A stretch of DNA of 57,424 nt, the filler included, from Platydemus manokwari (taxonomy: Eukaryota): assembly GCA_037951405.1 (NCBI GenBank). It is 6 parts of 6 records of this genome, joined end to end, with 100 filler letters (N's around TTAATTAATTAA, not from the genome) between each part and the next. Parts side by side here need not be neighbours in the genome. Positions count along the whole stretch, not along the records: positions 47,758 to 57,424 come from JBBMOY011220876.1; 5 more parts are not named here. One strand, 5' to 3'. The notes beneath the pieces are model-generated. The model did no database searches and was not told the origin of the DNA. It was given only the letters and a program-made list of their open reading frames with translations. The position numbers and the translations under genes were made by a program. Position 1 is the stretch's first letter; the number at the start of each line of letters is the position of its first letter. Positions 50,845-57,424 of the stretch are shown here, in pieces.

Positions 50845-50900
50845 ATATATATATATATATATATACATGTGTGTGTGTGAGAGAGAGAGTGTGTGTGTGT
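50845..50900. repeat. Compound (TA)n(TG)n(AG)n(TG)n microsatellite
   Basis: Directly visible dinucleotide runs. Confidence 0.9.
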
Positions 50901-53900
50901 TAGATTTGATATATTGTTATATGTTATTAAAATGTAATGTGAGTTCTAGAAAGTTTCTATTTAAATCTAACTGGTGTAAACTATGATAAGAGTTAGAATT
51001 GAAAAATTATAGATAAATATTAATAAATAATTCGATAATTAAATAAAGTATAATTGATTATTACAAAATAATTAATAATAACGAGTATAGTAAAATTACA
51101 ATTTGAAATACAATAAACAAATGTGATAACAATAGACAAATAACTGAATAATAAATGTTATAAACAAATAACCAGGGTCATTTTTATTAATGTATATATG
51201 ATGGGTTCTGTTAGATCGATGAGATTTTTGTGTGATTCTGTCTTTTGTGAAAATACTCACAAGGAACCTGAATTCCTTTCAAACTTTGAAGGTAGCCAGA
51301 TCTAATGTCTTTCTATGATTTATTTAGTTGATTTGAACTTTTAATTTGATTGGATCCAGATTCAGGATTTAAGTTGGATTCATTTTATTGTAAAGAATAC
51401 AATAATAATTTTTAGTTGGTTGAAAATTCATGCTAAACAATTTGAATATTGGATGTAAAAGCTTACTTAATTTGCTTCACAGAAGGTCGCAACTGGAACG
51501 GTTCCGCATTAAATTTTTTTCTAATTATAAGTTATTTCCACTTTGACTTGTTTATAAACACTTCTCCAAGCAACATAATGCGCCTAATATAATATAAGTA
51601 GTATAGCACTTTTGCTGTCTTGCTTCTCTTATTTATACTGATTTTCGGATCTTTGTTTTCTTTCTAATTTGGTATTATTTAAATAGTTTTTAAAAATGTT
51701 TTATAACTGTTTTTTTTTTAATTTTTTAACTTTACAATTTATTTTACTTATTTTAATGTTTTATCTCTTTGACTTTTAGGTTATACGAAATTCTAGGTAT
51801 CAGTCACTTAAATTATTTTTATTCTATTATGATTTTTTGAGGTTGGGATTTAGTACACCATATATATCATACACGAATCATACACGAATATTAACCATCA
51901 AACAAAATTAAGAAATCAATTTTCATTTCAAAGACCAATTTTTCATTTCTCACTGCTATCGTGTGCTGATTAATTTTACTTATTAAAACTAATTTTTGTA
52001 ATATATTATTCAGTATGTTTGAAAATGTTAATATAACTGATAACTGATTGTTTGTCGGGACTTTGTCATCGACTGATAAACAAATTTGAATAAAACTATT
52101 GAGTTTTCCGACAACCCAATAACGATTTTCTTCAAATATTACAACGTGCGTAGATTTATTAGATTTTATAAAATATTGACCTCTAGATGTTTGAGATTTT
52201 CACGATTATTCAAATTCTTATCCATTAAATGTTAATATTTAATAATATTATTATGGAATTCATCAAATAAAAATCATGTCACATGGGGAAATACAGAAAA
52301 AAGGTTATTAAACTAATGCATCGACTGAATTTTATGAAAATTACAAATAAAAATGACCATTTGCAAACATAATTTAACTTTCGAAATTTGCCTTGTTAAA
52401 ATTAGTCAGTTGAAAATTCCCTATCATTAATATAATAATTGACCAATAAAGATAATTACAACCTATGACGGATGAATTAAAATGGTTTTCGTTGCCATTA
52501 ATTGATAATCCTTGTTAAACCATGTGTTATGGCTTTGGATGCAATTGCAGGATGTAATTTAGCAAATTAATACGGTCTATCTATAATATTGAATCTGCAT
52601 GATTATATATTAATTCATAACTGTATTTTATAAACAAATCATTTTCTTCTACAGAATATAACAAATAAAATTCCCAACCTTTAGATTACAAAACTTAAAT
52701 AATAAAATTCATTATGAAAAGAAATTATTTTAAGTATAATTTATAAATAAAATAAACCAACAAATCAGAATTAACCAAAAATTTAAACTTCATTTTCACT
52801 CGAAACATTTTTTAGAATTTTTAGCTAAAGTTAAGAAAGGAGGTCCTAAAATAAAATTTTTAATTTGTTGAGTGTATTGCAAAATCTATATAGTTAATTT
52901 AATTATATTCTTTTAAAACATTTCGAATTTTTAATTTAAGTACTTAAAAAGAATTTTAATTGTTTGAAATAAAAATATTATATACACTAGAGCTTCATAA
53001 TATCCTAAAAATTTATTATTTGAAAATGTATCAAAGTAGATCGAATTGCAATTCATTGAAAATTAGCAAGGATCCCCTTTTTAATATTAGAAGCAAATTC
53101 AGAGATACTATCAATTTTTACAATTATTTTATAAAAATAACCAATGATATTATTAAACATGTCTGTAGTTAATTAACTCGACCTCTAATTTAAAAACATT
53201 TAAAAACTCAAATAATCATACAGATAAATAATCATACATAGAATAAGAACTTGGTTTAAAAACTATGATTGTTCTTATTAGACATCCTTAAAAGAGAGAG
53301 AAGTATTCGCAATTATATACAAAATTAAGTTATAAAATTATCTCAATCGCGAAAATTCATTATTACAAAAGTAGGTCAAAGAACTCCTTTTCTTAACTTA
53401 AGCCGAATTTTTAAAAACAAAATTTTATGATTTAAAAACAATTTTTTTTCTTGACCAACTTAAACAATGAAATAACATTTAAACTTTCAACTAAAAAGTT
53501 GCTACAAACACAATAACAGATTTGTAAAAATAAACAATTCACCTAATTCTTTAAAGAAACATTTTAAATTTTTTATTAAAAGCAAATTATTTAAAGGCAT
53601 TCTTTGAATATATTAATAAGATTCACTACTTGAACTATAGACGATCTTAACAGCTAATCTACAGTTTGATAGATTTTGTAGTCATTTTCTAGTTTACCAT
53701 TTTATAATTCCCAGACTAGTAGAATCAAATGAACCACCGGTTTATTTAATTAATTATCGATTCATTCTGAACAATGAGTATATTTTGTGAATAGATTTCG
53801 ATTCATTGTATCATTTACTAAACATCTATTAATTTAAGAGATCACATAAGTTCTGCAAACCTTAATTAATAAATCAATTTACACAAAAAAACAGGAATCA

Positions 53901-56900
53901 ATAAAATACATCATTTTTATATTTTACGTTATTCAGAAGCACATCGAAAACAGAGTTGATATTTATGTGTTGAAGAATGAAAACCAGAAAACAACAATTT
54001 GAATAATATTCAATTCTGACCCGATAAAAACAAGCCACCAATAAAAAGCTAGATGTTAATTAATGAATTTTTGTTCTCCCGCGAGTATAGTGTAATTTAA
54101 AAATCGTCTGAACAAAAGTGTAACAAAAAAGTTGTTTACCAAATACATTTGGTCAAGTTTCACAGCACACCCTCGAGCTAATTTAAATTTTTCTCGTAAT
54201 CATTCACTAAGAATGTTCTGATATCTGTTGAAGATATAAATACAGGTCAGTCATACACAAATTTTATCCAATAGCGCTTAGACGGTTTTTTGGTAATTCC
54301 CCGTTGGCTTTAAACTTAAAAATAAAAATAAAAAGACAACACAATCAATTATTTATTTCATTAATCACGTAATGACATCAACTGAGCATTTGGTTTGATT
54401 TCTGATTACTTTATTTGTGTAAATTTTCAGTCGAACTTGCACAGTAAAATAAATGTTTCACTGTTGGCTTTTTTAGACATTAGAACCAGCATGATATCTT
54501 GGCATATTTTCTATTCTTTACAAATAGAATCTGTGGGGCACCTACACTGAGATTAACGTAATCAATTTGAATCAATGACATTGTTCTCTTTTCTTGGTTG
54601 CTAGGCGACTGAGTTGCTTAGAATATCAAATATAATTTTTTCTCTATCGGGTTTGTCGGTGGAGTTTAGCCAAGTCTGAAATTGTACACCGTACACCTCA
54701 ATCTAATTGTTTTCAATACTGTTTGTAATATATAGCATTCAGTAGTTTATAGGACGAGAAAGGGATTCTCACAGAAAAATGCGGGTGGATAAAATTGATG
54801 CTCATAATTCAATTCTTTCTCATAAGCTAAGAAACCTAAAACCAGCCCTTATGAATAACAAGGAAATATTTTGATCTAATAATTTCACTAATAATAAAAA
54901 GCCAATTTTGAATTGTATAAAATCGATAGTTGAACAATAAAACACTAAGCCATGTTTTGGTGCCATAGTTTATTGAAGTGAAATCAATACATCGATTATT
55001 ATAACAAAATTAGATTGATTTATTTGCTAAATAATATCGATTATTAATGGTATTGAGTGAAGCAGAAGCTTAATAAATAACAAGCATTGAAACAACCTGT
55101 TTTTTACAATTATTTTATAGTATTGATCTAGAACCCTATAATCATTTGATCTGTCAGAAATAATTTATTATTAATCATAAATACCAATAATTGAGATGAA
55201 TAAAATATGTGATCAACAACTTTATACAATTCTAAAATTTCGTTATATATATATTCTTAATTAGTTTTCTGTGAATGGATATGAGATAATAATTTCTGTG
55301 TTTATTATAGTTCCGTGATTTGATGAGTTTGCTTTGTGCTATTGTTTGATAAAACGTGTTAAATTTTTGTGTTGCGTATTTGTGATAACGATTTTTTCTG
55401 CACTCAATCACAGATTATTTTTGCAAACGACTCTTTAACTGTCGTGTGTGCACGTATGTGTGTATGTTTTTTAATGTTTGTTTACCGACAATAAGCTTGG
55501 AATATCTGATATACATACTCTTAGATTATATTTGTATTTATTAATTTAGGTTTTAATTACTTTTAGGATCATTGAGATATCTTTACTATTATTGTAAAGA
55601 TTTTTATCATTTAATTATTTTTATTATCATTATACTATTAAAAGTAGTTTATTTATTTTTTATAATTTTCATATTATTATAATAATTATTAATAAATTTA
55701 TTATTATAATTTATTAAATTCCGGTTAATATTTTTGCTGTATTATTTCTAATTTTATAATAAATAAATCACTAAATCCATGATCAATATCCAGATGGTCC
55801 ATGAATTTCATACTTTTTTGGTTGTGTAAAACAATGAAGTGTTTTGTTATTTTTTTAATGGGGTGTATTAATGTGTAAATGAATGATAGTTTATTTATTT
55901 ATATCTGGGGCTTTCTTAATGTTTTCTTAATTCATCGAAAAATAATTGAACTTTAATATTATCTTTCTTTCCTTGATAAAAACCCGTGCGACACATTTCA
56001 TGCATTTTTCTATGTATGTCGGTGTCTTTACCAGTGATTTATGGATGAAGATACACAGCATTAATTTCGAGTTATAAATTCTATCGGTATTTCAGATGTC
56101 CAGGATTATTGTCTAAGATTAATATTACTTTAAAGGTCAATTATTTTCATTATAAGGACTTTCCAACAGTTGGCTTTAGAACATATGAAAAACAGTTTTG
56201 AAAAAGTTGGACAGCAGTCCAGATTTTATTATTTCATTTCCCAATTACTTGAATCATTCATTTATCCTTTCTTTTCAATGCCCTGGGATTCTCTGTTTCA
56301 TAAATGAGTATCGGTATTATTATAAAATCACCAGATAAATATTTGCAAAGCAGTAATATTAATCCATGTTTAGAAAGCTTATTCGATGGCTGTAACCTAG
56401 TCAGGTGATTTGACGATTTCTACATCCAGCATGAAAGATGTACGAAATAGAAAGTTTTAAAAAAAATAGCTTTTATTGTTCATATATTAATGACAACAAT
56501 ATTGGATATGTCAAGAAAAATATTCATTGTTAAATTAATTCCCTCGCTAATTTCTAACTGAATTTCGAAAGAAAATTAATATAAAAAATTTCAAAGTGGA
56601 TAATGAAAATAAAATCGTAATTCTTTTTCCTCATCCAAATGTGTACTGATGACGAGTTAGTTCACAATGTCTGTTTAATGACTATTTAGATCACTTTTTA
56701 TATTCCAATCCTTATTTTCGAAACAATTCATAAAGGACCGATCAAGATACATTTTATTGCACTGCCGATATCTACTATTTGTAGGCAATCGAACACAAAT
56801 AAATATATTAATAATTTATTCATCCAAGAAAAATCTGATCTAATCCCATAAAATCGAAACAGCACAATCTCGATAAGATTCATCTCAACCGATCTAAAGC

Positions 56901-57424
56901 GCATCCGTGATATTGCTGATTATGTCGAACACAGACCAATCATAATAAATCATTATAAAATTCAACATTTTCGTATAATTTTCAAAATAAGAATAAATGA
57001 TAACAAATTAGTGTTTAGACTGGGAAAATGATAAATTAATTAATGCCTTGGGAATAAATTTTCTTTTCTCATTTTCCACTTGGTAAAATAAGTTTATGAT
57101 TTATTTAGGAGACAAAGAACGAGAAATATTTCGTTATTAGATCTGGTTTTTGTTTTTCTGTTCTGAAATACGAAATTCAAAATGATATTATTTTTAGTCT
57201 CAAATTTAATTAGAGGACAGAATTTTTGTCTTTGTACAAAACATGACGGTGTTGGTCTATTTTATTTATTTATTTATTTATTTATTTACCGGGGAAACTG
57301 TGTAATATCGATTGTTTATCTTTTTCGTGAGAATTAATTTCAATTTTTTAAACAAATAATATATTTACTGATTTGAAGAAATGAATTTGAATTTGAAATT
57401 TCATAAATCTCGAGAATATGCACA

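Overview
The window is AT-rich eukaryotic DNA with short GT-AG introns (about 45-60 nt). It is probably an invertebrate; a triclad flatworm is my inference. It is six unrelated contigs of roughly 9-10 kb joined by artificial 100-nt linkers (N44-TTAATTAATTAA-N44), so nothing can be inferred across the linkers. Host genes are the 5' end of an alpha-tubulin gene with RFX X-boxes, the 3' part of an FHAD1-like coiled-coil gene, a complete 12-exon NEMF/Rqc2 gene, and an unannotated 53-aa microprotein ORF. There are also MITEs and decayed mariner, pogo and RLE-LINE relics. The standout is contig 5 (37954-47657), a GC-rich, two-armed non-LTR retroelement locus. Its right arm is an intact I-group LINE (gag-like ORF1 plus APE-RT-RNase H-CCHC ORF2). 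Its left arm is a divergent paralogous gag-only unit placed head-to-head with the LINE. The arms share a mirror-symmetric TATA/CCAAT/TATA promoter-like region. Both arms end in the same module: an identical 38-nt hairpin block plus a 19-nt CAATC(GGAC)n block. Each module is followed by a 3' splice-acceptor signature and then what looks like the start of the other arm's unit. The gag-only arm also carries five covarying, histone-stem-loop-like hairpins read in two different reading frames.
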